Below, one piece after another: positions 1-10,518 of a DNA stretch of 64,000 nucleotides. Positions within the stretch are counted from its first letter, which is position 1; every line of letters begins with the position of its first letter. The stretch covers positions 764,896 through 828,895 of the forward strand of contig NZ_LPUF01000001.1 in NCBI RefSeq assembly GCF_002072955.1. Direction: 5' to 3'. The notes beneath the pieces were generated by a model. The model did no database searches and had not been told where the DNA came from. It saw nothing but the letters and a program-made list of their open reading frames with translations. A program made the translations under genes and the position numbers. The stretch is from Methyloprofundus sedimenti. GTDB taxonomy: Bacteria > Pseudomonadota > Gammaproteobacteria > Methylococcales > Methylomonadaceae.

Positions 1-28
1 TCCAGCCCGATATGCAAGACGATTTTGT

Positions 29-571
29 TTAACGTGGCGTATGTTTGGATGGCGGGGTATATCGCTGATCCAGAGTTCTATCTATCTTGACGGCAAGACT
101 TTCTACCGTTTTCACCGTGAGCTGTTTATTCGGGCCCTTGGCTTCGGAGATGTAATTTCCTACCAGCTTTGCATCGCTGACACGGACTAAATGTCCCATT
201 AAATAGGCAAATAAAAAGCTGGGTTTATGCAGCCTGCCAACCAGCACATAATCAGCACCATATTGTTTAGCCAGATTTGCAGCAATATCATCATGGTCAA
301 ATAAATAACCAGTACCTCCCGTAGCATTTTTCTGATCTATTAACGGTATATCAATAATCACATAATCCGCTGTTTTAAGCTCTGCTTCCAATAGAGGTTT
401 TATGGACGCTGTGCGTTCAATTTCTGCAGCTGTACGTGGAATCAGGGTTAAGTCTTTAAGCTCAAAATCAAGAATTGCAATTTTGGTTTCTGCACTAGCG
501 CTAAGACTGAATAGACATAATACGCAAGGAATGAATAATCGAGAAATCCATTGGCAATTAAATATGTTCAT
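29..571 (-). CDS. hypothetical secreted protein/lipoprotein (signal peptide; DUF-type)
   Basis: Complete 180-aa ORF. N-terminal hydrophobic signal-like segment (LFIPCVLCLFSLSASA). No recognisable catalytic motif. Confidence 0.4.
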   Translation of the reverse strand: MNIFNCQWISRLFIPCVLCLFSLSASAETKIAILDFELKDLTLIPRTAAEIERTASIKPLLEAELKTADYVIIDIPLIDQKNATGGTGYLFDHDDIAANLAKQYGADYVLVGRLHKPSFLFAYLMGHLVRVSDAKLVGNYISEAKGPNKQLTVKTVESLAVKIDRTLDQRYTPPSKHTPR

Positions 572-817
572 AAAAAACTCTCGTGATGAAATAGCAACTC
601 AGATAGATCGTAGGGCGGTGCTTTAGCCCGCTGATTATGCATTATCCTGTTTTGAAATGGTTGTGATCTTTGAGCATTAGCAGGGGGGGGCGTGTTTGCT
701 ATCAAAAATGTTACAAACTTCTTGATCTATTAATTTCGTGACTATATTTATACTGCCCAAGTATAAATACTCGCCTGACTTTGATGGTTCAGTCGCATTT
801 CCAGCAACTTAATAAGA

Positions 818-2683
818 CTAAATTGCTGGTACAGCATGATTATTCTCGAATAAATATACGACAGTCCATCTGTTCAGTTTACCTTGTTTAATAGATTCCA
901 TGGCATCTGGTGTGCTGCTAAATAATAATTCACCCGAATGATCCGTCTCTATTTCGACGGATTGATCACCTAAATTAGCCAGTAATTTTAAGATCGAATT
1001 ATCGTTTATCTGCCAATGCACTATTAATGCTTGATGCTTGATAACCCAATAACTGGATTTCCCACCTTTAATATCTTTCAGCAAAGGTTGTAGACGCAAA
1101 CGCCTGATACGTAATAATTCCTGATGATATTTCAGCCATTGCAAATGCGGCAATATATTTATTTCATCCCAATCTAGCTTCGCGGACATAAAGGTGTCAG
1201 TGGCGTTGGGTAATTGAATTTTATTCAATATCTCTGGGTCGTTATATTCAGTGAATCGAGAAAACTCTTGAAATCGACCTTGAGCAATTTGCTCGCCTAA
1301 TGGGTCTGGGAAATCAACAAAGTAGGTAAAAGGCTGGCTGCAAGCCCATTCCTGCCCCATAAATAATAAAGGCGTGGAGGGTGATAATAATAAAATAGCG
1401 GTGGCGGCCCGCAATGCTTCTGCTGGACATAAATTTGCTAAGCGTTCACCAAATGCTCTATTGCCTACCTGGTCATGATTTTGTAAAAAATTCACAAAAG
1501 CAGTCGGGGGTAAATCTGTACTCATTTCACCGCGTAATTTACCATTGCGATAAGCGGATACCTCACCTTGATAAGCAAATCCTTCGCTCAGACAACGGCC
1601 TAAATATTGAATAGGGTGTTGACTATAATCCTGATAATAACCGCTATTTTCGCCAGTTAACAAGATATGCAGCGCATGATGAAAATCATCGTTCCATTGA
1701 GCAGTATAAAAATTATACGGATGTTCGGGGCTGGGGCTTAGGTAATGCGCAGTATTATGATCATTTTCTAACACTAAATGTATCTGCCGATCATAAGCCA
1801 GGTCTTTGCGCACTGCTTCCGCTAAACATTGCAGAAAACCGGGTTCATATGAATCAAATATGGCATGTACGGCATCTAATCGTAAACCATCGAAATGATA
1901 TTCTTCTAACCAGAATAAGGCATTATGTATAAAAAATTGCCGCACGCAATGGCTATTTTTACCCTCAAAATTAATCGCGTTACCCCATGGTGTTTGCAAG
2001 TCGGAAGTAAAAAAGTCAGGTGCATAATGTGCCAGATAATTGCCTTCTGGGCCAAAATGGCTGTACACCACATCATTGAAAACCATTAAGCCTTTGGCGT
2101 GTGCACTGGCAATTAAATCCTTCAGTTCATCCGGTGTCCCATAACTACTATCGGGTGCAAAAGGCAGTACGCCATCATAGCCCCAATTGCGTTGCCCCGA
2201 AAACTCGGCAATAGGCATCAACTGTATGGCAGTTACCCCCAAATCAACTAAATAATCCAGCTTATTTTTGACGCCATTAAAAGAACCTTCTTCGCTAAAG
2301 GTGCCGACATGAATTTCATAAAAAACCGCGCTCTCCCAAGGTAAGCCTTTCCATTGATCATCTGACCATTGAAAAGCATGAGGGTCTATAACCTGACTGG
2401 AACCATTAACATCCTCAGGTTGATAGCGTGAGGCGGGGTCAGGAATATATAATTCATCATCGATTCGGTATTGATAATAAAAACCTTTATACGCGAATTG
2501 ACTAATAATACCGAACCAGCCATCATCTTCAGCAGCCATCATAAAGCGTACTTCTGGTGCCAGTCCTTGTAAGCACAGTTCAACTTTCTTGGCGCCTGGT
2601 GCCCATAAGCGAAAACTTATGCGACCATCATCAAGTATTTTAGTTCCAAAAGGCATAAGGTGATTGCGTTGTACAATTGACAT
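818..2683 (-). CDS. treZ: malto-oligosyltrehalose trehalohydrolase (GH13)
   Basis: GH13 motifs GLRLDAVHAI and PWGNAINF, with NWGYDGV. Start placed at the internal Met (MSIVQRNHLMPFG...) that matches the TreZ N-terminus (RLWAPGAKKVEL). The ORF-track frame extends further, to 2761. Confidence 0.8.
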   Translation of the reverse strand: MSIVQRNHLMPFGTKILDDGRISFRLWAPGAKKVELCLQGLAPEVRFMMAAEDDGWFGIISQFAYKGFYYQYRIDDELYIPDPASRYQPEDVNGSSQVIDPHAFQWSDDQWKGLPWESAVFYEIHVGTFSEEGSFNGVKNKLDYLVDLGVTAIQLMPIAEFSGQRNWGYDGVLPFAPDSSYGTPDELKDLIASAHAKGLMVFNDVVYSHFGPEGNYLAHYAPDFFTSDLQTPWGNAINFEGKNSHCVRQFFIHNALFWLEEYHFDGLRLDAVHAIFDSYEPGFLQCLAEAVRKDLAYDRQIHLVLENDHNTAHYLSPSPEHPYNFYTAQWNDDFHHALHILLTGENSGYYQDYSQHPIQYLGRCLSEGFAYQGEVSAYRNGKLRGEMSTDLPPTAFVNFLQNHDQVGNRAFGERLANLCPAEALRAATAILLLSPSTPLLFMGQEWACSQPFTYFVDFPDPLGEQIAQGRFQEFSRFTEYNDPEILNKIQLPNATDTFMSAKLDWDEINILPHLQWLKYHQELLRIRRLRLQPLLKDIKGGKSSYWVIKHQALIVHWQINDNSILKLLANLGDQSVEIETDHSGELLFSSTPDAMESIKQGKLNRWTVVYLFENNHAVPAI

Positions 2684-2688
2684 GATTT

Positions 2689-3045
2689 TTAGCCCCATTC
2701 TATGCGATTTTCTGAGCCATACTGTAAGCCCAGCATTAAGGTTAAGTATTCGCGTACACATTGTTGTGATTTATGTCCTATATCCGGCATTTTTTGCTGG
2801 TTATGAAATAAATAACGAATACGTAATTCTACACCTTCTAGTGTACTGACTAAAAAGCCGGTATGAAAGTTAATCACTTGTAATCGGATACCCCCGGTAT
2901 CGCCACCGATAGTCGGCTTGCCTTGGCATAAGGCTTTAGTCACTGTCAGGCCAAAAACTTCTTTAGTTGATTTTTGCAGAATAACATCCGCTAAACGTTG
3001 TAAGGCATTAATGCTGCGATGCGCGTCCGGGGGCAAGATCAGCAC
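2689..3045 (-). pseudogene. C-terminal remnant (about 115 aa) of a GT4-family glycosyltransferase
   Basis: Has the GT4 C-terminal signature EVFGLTVTKALCQGKPTIGGDTGGI (E-x-FGL...G-P....GG). Ends 6 nt before the treZ start. The expected N-terminal about 250 aa upstream are missing; only AT-rich non-coding DNA follows. Confidence 0.5.
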
Positions 3046-3576
3046 CTTAATATTAAAGTCATCTTCTGCGGCTAATCGAACTTCAACGACAGTATGTAAA
3101 AAAATAAAATGACGATAGTCTATAGTTTCTCTTCTTGGTTTAATGGCATTTTCTAGTTTTTATCCTACGTATTCCCGTTGGTTGCCGTAGAATATCTACT
3201 CTTAATTACGGCTTATTGAGTCGATATTCAACACTTGTCGATCCCGGATAGACGTTTGCTTTTCAGGTATTGAAATAAACAGTTAATAGTTGTCAGGATC
3301 AGCTTTGTAATAGGTGCATTTAGTATAATCTTCGTCAGAAATTTATTACAAGTTCAGTCCATCTGAAAAAATATGTACAATTCTATTCGTACGATTACCT
3401 AGGAATAACTACCTGTAGCATTCATAGCTTTAATACACATTAATCCTGTCTTATTTATGCATTAAGCATGGTAATGAAGGAAATATATAAATCGGAGTAA
3501 TAGTATTAATATTCAACAATTAAATACTGATTTTGGTATTGAAAATCAAATTTTATGCGTCGCAGGAAAGGGGGGC

Positions 3577-4419
3577 TTGCCTTGTATACAAGTGAATAAC
3601 GCTAAAGCCTCGGCATTAATTTCCATCTATGCTGGTCAGGTTTTATCATTTAAGCCCGTTAATCAAACTGAAGATTTTATGTTCATCAGTGAGAATGCCT
3701 ATTTTGCCGAGGGAAAAGCAGCTAAAGGCGGTGTTCCCATTTGCTGGCCCTGGTTTGGCGCGGCTACTGAACTGGATCATATCACTCAGGAAAAGAAACC
3801 AGACCATGGATTTGTGCGCACACGTTTCTGGTCAGTTGTTACGGCTGAGATGCTGGATAATGGCGATACTAAAATAGTCCTTGAGATCAGCGATACAGAA
3901 GAAACCCGAAAAATCTGGCCTTATAGTTTTAATCTTATATTAGAAATCCTGATATCTGATTCGCTTACTCTTCAGTTAACAACACGTAATACCGGCAAGC
4001 AGCCTTTTTCTATCACAGAAGCCTTGCATACTTATTTGAATGTCGGTGATGTAACACAAGTCGAAGTTTTGGGTCTGGAAAATACCGAGTATTTAGATAA
4101 AAATTCGGGTTTTGCTAAAGCCTATCAGGCTGGAGTAGTCAAGATCTTCGAACCGACAGACCGTATTCATAGCGCTATTACACATCAGCTGATACTGGCT
4201 GATCCGGATTTTAATCGCAAAATTAAAATCAGTTCGTCAGGGAATCAAAATGTTGTAGTGTGGAATCCATGGATTGAGGGTGCTACTACAGTTCAGGATC
4301 TGGATAAAGATGACTATAAACGCTTTATCTGTCTGGAAGTTGCAAATGCAGCAGGGCATGATGTGGAAATTAAGCCCAATTGCGAATCCAGATTAAAAGC
4401 TAATTACAGTGTTATTTGA
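3577..4419 (+). CDS. D-hexose-6-phosphate mutarotase (aldose 1-epimerase family, YeaD-like)
   Basis: GGVPICWPWFG motif, with colinear similarity to E. coli YeaD along the full length. Confidence 0.75.
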   Translation: MPCIQVNNAKASALISIYAGQVLSFKPVNQTEDFMFISENAYFAEGKAAKGGVPICWPWFGAATELDHITQEKKPDHGFVRTRFWSVVTAEMLDNGDTKIVLEISDTEETRKIWPYSFNLILEILISDSLTLQLTTRNTGKQPFSITEALHTYLNVGDVTQVEVLGLENTEYLDKNSGFAKAYQAGVVKIFEPTDRIHSAITHQLILADPDFNRKIKISSSGNQNVVVWNPWIEGATTVQDLDKDDYKRFICLEVANAAGHDVEIKPNCESRLKANYSVI

Positions 4420-4715
4420 GTTTGAGCAATCAACTTCCCAGCGTTAAACTTCAAACCGGTCGAAGTTCTTAAAAAACTGCGCTGGCCTCCTGGTTATTTT
4501 TTGCTATTGCTATCTTGCATTATATAAAGCCAGGTATACAAAATTATCGCTGATAATCTTTACGTGATTCTGATGATCCAGGAGCTGATAAATTAATTAT
4601 GCTAAGTCTGATGGCCGCAGAAATGGGTGGTTTTCTGGTGTTATTAATAGGCTTTTTCATTCAAGTCTTTTAGTATACAGTTAGTATTCAACAGTTAACA
4701 CTAGGTGAAAAAGGG

Positions 4716-6164
4716 ATGGCAATGCAGGAAATATTAATTGGCGCAAATGAGAACAGGCAGGTAATAATGGATGCCGCCATGGGTAATCGCCATGGTATGA
4801 TTTCTGGTGCAACCGGGACGGGTAAAACAGTGACTTTGCAGATTCTTGCAGAGGGTTTTTCACGCCTCGGTGTGCCGGTGTTTATGGCGGATATTAAAGG
4901 TGATTTATCGGGTATGGCCAAAGCAGGTCAGATGCATGAAAAAATCACTGAGCGTGTACAGAAAATCAGGATAAATAATTTTCAGTTGCGTGCCAATCCC
5001 ACCGTTTTCTGGGATATATTCGCACGTAATGGTCATCCTGTACGTACCACTATTTCTGAGATGGGCCCTTTATTACTCAGCCATTTACTGGAACTGAATG
5101 ATACTCAGTCCGGGGTTCTGTATAGCTGTTTTAAACTTGCTGATGACCAGGGCCTGTTATTGCTGGATTTAAAGGATTTGCGTGCGATGCTCAACTGGAT
5201 GGCAGAAAATTCCAAAGATCTGAAATCAGAATATGGCAATATTTCTTCAGCCAGTGTCGGTGCTATTCAGCGCCGCTTGCTGGTATTGGATGAACAGGGC
5301 GCGAGTGAGTTTTTTGGTGAACCTGCGATAAAAACTGATGATTTCCAGCGTACTGATTTTTCCGGCAATGGTGTGATTAGCATCCTCGATGCAACTGAAT
5401 TAACCTCAAAATCGCCCCGATTGTATGCCGCGTTTTTATTATGGCTACTGTCTGATTTATTTGAAACATTACCCGAAGTTGGCGATGCTGACCGGCCAAA
5501 ACTGGTCTTGTTTTTTGATGAAGCACATTTATTATTTGATCGTGCGCCGCGAGTGCTGGTGGACAAAATCGAACAGATCACGCGCTTGATACGTTCCAAA
5601 GGGGTAGGTATTTATTTTATCAGCCAGAGCCCTCTGGATATACCCGGAGATGTATTAGGCCAGTTAGGCTTGAAGATCCAACATGCATTAAGAGCGTATA
5701 CGCCGAAAGACCGTAAAGTGATTAAAGCGGTAGCTGAAACTTTTCGTAGTAATCCAGCGCTGGATACAGAACAGGTCATTAAAGAATTAAAAACCGGTGA
5801 AGCACTGGTTTCGGTGTTAAATGGAGATGGTAGTCCAACACCCGTTGAGCGTATTTTGATGCGTCCGCCTGAATCACAAATCGGTGCATTGTCAGAGGCT
5901 GAGCGTATCGAAAGTATAGGTCGTTCGCCTTATAAAAATCGTTACGATCAGGATGTAGATAGAGAGTCTGCCTATGAAATGCTCAAACAAAAAGCAGAGC
6001 AAATGGCACTAGCAACTGAGCAGCAGGAAAAGTCAAAGAGTAGTCGTAGCCGTCAATCGGCAGGAGAAGCCATGTTAAAAAGTGTAGCTCGTAGTGTGGG
6101 TAGTCAGTTGGGTAGACAGATAGTCAGAGGGATTATGGGGTCATTATTTGGTGGGCGGCGATAA
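4716..6164 (+). CDS. HerA-like/DUF853 family P-loop ATPase (YjgR-like)
   Basis: Walker A motif GATGTGKTV. Walker B-like motif LVLFFDEAHLLF. Size and architecture match the YjgR/DUF853 family. Confidence 0.7.
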   Translation: MAMQEILIGANENRQVIMDAAMGNRHGMISGATGTGKTVTLQILAEGFSRLGVPVFMADIKGDLSGMAKAGQMHEKITERVQKIRINNFQLRANPTVFWDIFARNGHPVRTTISEMGPLLLSHLLELNDTQSGVLYSCFKLADDQGLLLLDLKDLRAMLNWMAENSKDLKSEYGNISSASVGAIQRRLLVLDEQGASEFFGEPAIKTDDFQRTDFSGNGVISILDATELTSKSPRLYAAFLLWLLSDLFETLPEVGDADRPKLVLFFDEAHLLFDRAPRVLVDKIEQITRLIRSKGVGIYFISQSPLDIPGDVLGQLGLKIQHALRAYTPKDRKVIKAVAETFRSNPALDTEQVIKELKTGEALVSVLNGDGSPTPVERILMRPPESQIGALSEAERIESIGRSPYKNRYDQDVDRESAYEMLKQKAEQMALATEQQEKSKSSRSRQSAGEAMLKSVARSVGSQLGRQIVRGIMGSLFGGRR

Positions 6165-6204
6165 TCTTTTTTTACGAGTTAAAAATCACAAAGGAAGGTA
6201 CATG

Positions 6205-6891
6205 AAGATTCTAATGATACTTACATCACACGACCAGCTTGGTGATACAGGCATGAAAACTGGATTTTGGCTAGAGGAATTTGCTGCGCCATATTATATA
6301 TTTCAAGATGCAAATGCCGAAATTACCCTTGCATCCCCTAAGGGAGGGCTGCCCCCTCTGGATCCCAAAAGTGATGATCCTGCCGCTCAAACGGAAGTGA
6401 CCCAGCGTTTTAAAAATGATCCAGAAGCCCAGGTTAAGTTGGCTAATACGCTCAGGTTAGAGGAGATTTCAGCTGAAGATTATGATGCAGTGTTTTATCC
6501 CGGAGGCCATGGGCCGTTATGGGATTTAAGCAATAATGCTGATTCAATTGCCATAATTGAATTAATGTATGCGGCGGGGAAGCCTGTAGCAGCTGTATGT
6601 CATGCTCCAGCAGTCTTGCTGCACGCTAAATCAGCGGATAATAAGCCATTGATTCAGGGAAAGTCCGTAACCGGTTTTAGTAACACCGAAGAAGCCGCTG
6701 TTCAGCTTACCAATATAGTCCCTTTTCTGCTTGAAGATAGCCTAAAAGCAAAAGGCGCTAATTATGCAAAAATCGACAACTGGCAATCTTATGCTGTGAC
6801 AGATGGAAATCTGGTAACAGGGCAAAACCCCGGATCATCAGCAGCTACAGCAAAAGCGGTATTAGAATTACTTCAAGAAAATCACTCCTGA
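6205..6891 (+). CDS. DJ-1/PfpI family protein (type 1 glutamine amidotransferase-like)
   Basis: Start at MKILMILTSHD, preceded by an aaaggaagg RBS. DJ-1/PfpI fold motifs present (AAVCHAPAVL with the nucleophile Cys). The ORF-track upstream start at 6148 is unlikely. Confidence 0.7.
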   Translation, partial: KILMILTSHDQLGDTGMKTGFWLEEFAAPYYIFQDANAEITLASPKGGLPPLDPKSDDPAAQTEVTQRFKNDPEAQVKLANTLRLEEISAEDYDAVFYPGGHGPLWDLSNNADSIAIIELMYAAGKPVAAVCHAPAVLLHAKSADNKPLIQGKSVTGFSNTEEAAVQLTNIVPFLLEDSLKAKGANYAKIDNWQSYAVTDGNLVTGQNPGSSAATAKAVLELLQENHS

Positions 6892-6897
6892 TTGAAA

Positions 6898-6930
6898 CGC
6901 ATGTATTTATCACGGAGATAAATACATGCG
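6898..6930. terminator. bidirectional hairpin between convergent genes (13-bp perfect stem cgcatgtatttat/ataaatacatgcg)
   Basis: Perfect inverted repeat visible between the stop codons at 6891 (+) and 6947 (-). Flanking T-runs are weak. Confidence 0.4.
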
Positions 6931-6946
6931 AATTCTGGAAGCTTTA

Positions 6947-8662
6947 CTATTGTTTAGCTGTGGCAATAAAAAGTTCAATATGCATTGCAGCAGAGCTCAG
7001 ATGTAAAAGTTTATTTAACCGACAAATAACGGGTTCAATGTTTGCTCTATGCAGGTTAATAAATTCACCTGGTTGGAACTTGCCATCATTAAAAATCAGA
7101 CTGTCTGATGAGTTAAGTGCTTTTATACCCTGTAAGAAAATTGCCCATGCATAAATAGCATCATGACTGGGTACGGAAATATAGGAAATTTCAGATCCCA
7201 GCGCTAATAGCTTGATGCCTAATTGCAGCTTATTTTCAGTTAACTGAGCTAACCTGCAGACTATGCCGATCTCCAAGCTATTGTGATTATTTATACCGAT
7301 AATATCGCCAATTTGTACTGTTGAATGGTTAATGTCTGTATCAAAAATAATCCTGTAGCCTTTGATGCTACTATTTACTATATAAAATGTATCCGGGTTA
7401 ATAGGCGCATCGCTTTGAGGCGATGGATCAGATGTAGCCCAGATATTCTTTCTAAGAGCATACTTCTTTGCTTGATCAAGTTTGCTTTGCTCGTTTCTTA
7501 ATAGTCCTATTCGATGATGATCTCTCATTATTGCATCTAATGGTTCATAACCCTCCGTGACTAATTGAATGTCCGGGACTGCCCAGCCTCCAGCAACTTT
7601 GGAACTTGTTTGATCAACGTGATTTTTATTTTTTGCAACAGGTGTTAATGGGCTGGCATCGTGCAGTTGTTTAATAATATGATTAAAGCCAATAATGCCA
7701 TTGTGCTCAGTTTGTTGATTAAAGCGGGTGAACTTTCGTCTTTGTGACAGACTTAAAGATTTCGATGCCTGTATGATGTGCTCGCGATTTATGGCTTTTA
7801 TAACGCCTGTTCCAGGTGCCTCATGCGTTGCGTTTTTGTTAATTTGTATGGCAGCAGTGTAAGCAGAAAAAAAACGTATTGCGCCTTGTTCGGATTGTTT
7901 AAAGTGGGTTAAATTAATAGGTGGCTTATCTGTTGTTAAATTCAGCCCAGAGTATTGGGACGTTTTTTCAACAGGAAATTTTGTGTCCAGTAGCATTATG
8001 GAGGTGTGTTTTTCTACACAAGCAGAAATAGTTTGCATGTCGCGTGGGCGAAATTGCTCTAATTCACAGTGGTGAAGTGCCAAAAGATGTTTGAATGCCT
8101 TGCTAACGGTGTTGCTGTGATAACCATGTTGCTCAATGTTTATATCCTGAATTTCAAGTTTAGATGCTAAGCCATAGAACTTATAAGCCTGTTTCCAGAA
8201 GTCAGTGTAAACTTGTTGATAGACTTCAGAGATATAAATATAAGCATTAATTAAAGCTTGCAGGCCATAAAATAATGTCACTACGTTCGACAGTTCACTT
8301 GTTTTAATAAGGCAGCTTTCGAAGCCATTAGCCAGTTCTGCATATATGGATACAATATTTTGTATATTATTCCTGTCATGTTTTGCAAGCGGAAGCGAGC
8401 TATTTAAAACAGGTTCGCTCAGCGGTGTTAAAAAAATAAGCATGGATTTATATATGCTTTGCAGCAGCAATGATTTTTGATGCTTAGATAAGGTATTTTC
8501 CTGATTAATAGCCAGTATCGCTAATAATACCTGATGCTCTTGTTCGGTAGTGGAGCTATTTTTCAGAGATAAAAACCATTGATTAAATGCCTTTTCGGTT
8601 AATTTAAAAGGAACCTGGAAGTGAGTTTCAATATGAGTCGTATTAAATTTATATGTATCCAT
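6947..8662 (-). CDS. hypothetical 571-aa protein, strongly AT-rich; possible C-terminal PilZ-like domain
   Basis: Long uninterrupted ORF with Asn/Lys/Ile-rich composition. C-terminal region carries RKFTR ... IVNSSIKGYRIIF ... LEIGIVCRL...LGIKLL, resembling the RxxxR / (D/N)xSxxG PilZ pattern. The spacing between the two motifs is atypical. Confidence 0.5.
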   Translation of the reverse strand: MDTYKFNTTHIETHFQVPFKLTEKAFNQWFLSLKNSSTTEQEHQVLLAILAINQENTLSKHQKSLLLQSIYKSMLIFLTPLSEPVLNSSLPLAKHDRNNIQNIVSIYAELANGFESCLIKTSELSNVVTLFYGLQALINAYIYISEVYQQVYTDFWKQAYKFYGLASKLEIQDINIEQHGYHSNTVSKAFKHLLALHHCELEQFRPRDMQTISACVEKHTSIMLLDTKFPVEKTSQYSGLNLTTDKPPINLTHFKQSEQGAIRFFSAYTAAIQINKNATHEAPGTGVIKAINREHIIQASKSLSLSQRRKFTRFNQQTEHNGIIGFNHIIKQLHDASPLTPVAKNKNHVDQTSSKVAGGWAVPDIQLVTEGYEPLDAIMRDHHRIGLLRNEQSKLDQAKKYALRKNIWATSDPSPQSDAPINPDTFYIVNSSIKGYRIIFDTDINHSTVQIGDIIGINNHNSLEIGIVCRLAQLTENKLQLGIKLLALGSEISYISVPSHDAIYAWAIFLQGIKALNSSDSLIFNDGKFQPGEFINLHRANIEPVICRLNKLLHLSSAAMHIELFIATAKQ

Positions 8663-8909
8663 TTTTATCCTTCAATAAAATCATCATGCTTCATTTACAT
8701 ATATTAAAAATAATAACCACGTCCTATCTACGTGGCTAGGTTCATAGGCTTTAATCTGACGAAGTTTTAGGTCTGCTCATGTAACCTGGTATGTCTGTTG
8801 TTACAACATCGAATTTTGGTTGATAAAGTGTTTTTTTAAGTATCAAAAAGCACACGGGTTTATGCTGAGCGATTAGAGGGTTAAAAACTATAGTAACTAC
8901 TCAGCGTAT

Positions 8910-9960
8910 TTAAATAATCGAATGAAGATATAAAGCAAATTCTGGCTGCTTTCCTTCAAATACAAGCATCATTGCCTGCGTTGCACTCACTCCGTGTTTA
9001 CGACATGTTGGTAGATACCCGCTGACACGGCAAAATATTTCAGCGCCACCGGTACTACGCAAACACTCCGATATTTTTTGATGAACTTTGCTTATTCGTG
9101 TCGCATTTTCCGCAGCATTATAGGAAAACGGCACACAGATTTGTCATAAAGCGCAATACATCCTCTTCATAATTATTAAGCCTTTCCAGTAAGTTTCTAG
9201 TCTTAGTGCGTTTAGCGCTTCCTCGTTTTACTTCTGTACAGCTATTTAGGCAGCGGATATTTAATGACCGCTTTGCCGAGTAATTCTCTATATTGCACTT
9301 GCCTTGATCAGCTTCTTTATCCGTCAGTATGCCCCCGCTTCATTAACAACACCATTAATTTTCTCAAGTAATTGTTTCATTTCATGTGCTCATTCTTGTT
9401 TTCCTTGTTCACAAACACGCGTTAACTCTCTCAAGTGATGCGCATTACAGAGTGAATAGGTGTAGTCATATTTATAGTAGGGTTTCCAGTGATCATAACA
9501 TCAAATGCCATAATTACTGGGTAAAATCGCACAACATATTCATGGTTTCTGTGCAGCATCTGGCATGAGGAAAGAAGTGTGTCCATTGATCATTTGGACG
9601 TCCCATGTCGCCAATGGCGCTTACCATTAATATTAATGCCTGTTTTATCTGTATAAACACACGATGATTCGACAAAGTGTTCTTTGCTAGTCGATTCAAA
9701 CTCGGCTTATTGTTCATGCGTCTGTTGATAGAAATTATACAGCGAACGTTCGCTGCTTGGCATGTCTAGTTGATCAGCAAGATACTTTTGTATTCGACTG
9801 TATAGTGATAGCTGGTATTGAGATAAATAAACCGCATGGGCCTTTGCTCCATGAGCATATTGTACGGCTTTAGTGACCTCATCCGGAAAAGCACTGACCT
9901 TGTGATAAGAGGTCGATTAACCAAAATCACTCTAGCTTCAGGCGATAGGGGCTTTTTCAT
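8910..9960 (-). mobile_element. degraded IS66-like transposase remnant (frameshifted fragments)
   Basis: Minus-strand fragments carry IS66 TnpC-like motifs. 9780-9900 reads YQLSLYSRIQ (LPLYRQ-like). 9514-9717 reads CCTETMNML. 8910-9134 reads NAAENATR...TCRKHG. This matches the intact transposase at 33339-34919 (HNNLSERDIR...TCRKHG). Confidence 0.5.
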
Positions 9961-10518
9961 TTTCCTTGATAATGAGCCGATAGACTAGTTAAACTCTATC
10001 CATAATAAAGCGGACTAAATGATCTTCAGATACATAATCTTGCCCGATTATCCTCGAGTTTCCGCCATTTTAAAAACCACTCACTAATGAGTATGTCATG
10101 ACTTATGTTCTTAGCAGGAATCTAACCAACAAGGAATAGATTCCTGATAAAAGACCTCGGGGATGAAGCGCTATATAGTGTGTTACAGTCACATCACCCT
10201 AATTTGGTGTAATCAGGTAATCTTGAGCACTAGGCGGTAAGAAGATATAGGGAGTATCTTGGTCTGAGGATTAAAGTTTGCTATCACTATTTGTCTTGTT
10301 GCTGTCATTTAATACAGGTTTAAATTTATCATTTTTAAGTTGTTAAATCCGACAGACACCTACTGGACTATATAAAAAGAGATATAATACACTTTTATTT
10401 AGAGCTATTGTATAAGATTTCAGAGATGATTTAGATCAAACCACTAGCGATGAAAAAATCAGTGAACTTTGAGTGTTAGTCAAATGTGTAAACAATTATT
10501 AAAAAAGAAAAGGATTGA

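Noticed and set aside
402-626. 74-aa ORF on + strand overlapping the 29-571 minus-strand gene
   Set aside because: It is antisense to a longer ORF with a clear signal peptide and has no RBS or homology. It is an overlap artefact of the six-frame track. The same reasoning applies to 1414-1614, 2664-2849 and 2918-3112 around treZ.
3629-3877. 82-aa ORF overlapping the start of the mutarotase gene in another frame
   Set aside because: Same strand, alternative frame of a gene with strong homology. No support. The same applies to 9386-9568, 13933-14115, 14001-14192, 14412-14666, 15630-15842, 16143-16352, 17466-17684, 19529-19717, 24175-24363, 24615-24803, 25398-25736, 25802-26011, 26806-27069, 28491-28679, 29395-29628, 29991-30263, 30485-30739, 31746-32083, 32230-32421, 34663-34989, 38502-38693, 39346-39740, 40513-40806, 43571-43786, 44391-44678, 45820-46041, 49026-49517, 49956-50285, 54424-54636, 57822-58013 and 63309-63527.
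5267-5599. 110-aa antisense ORF inside the DUF853 ATPase gene
   Set aside because: Embedded opposite a well-supported gene. Ser/Asn-rich composition typical of antisense frames. The same applies to 10675-10857 and 11896-12108 (inside rapA), 27276-28165 (ORFs inside the PPK2 gene), 41308-41660 and 42464-43158 (inside the SelD fusion), 47654-48325 (inside yegQ), 53174-53383 (inside comF), 55074-55280 and 55745-55987 (inside bioF/bioH), and 61397-61978 (inside ctaD).
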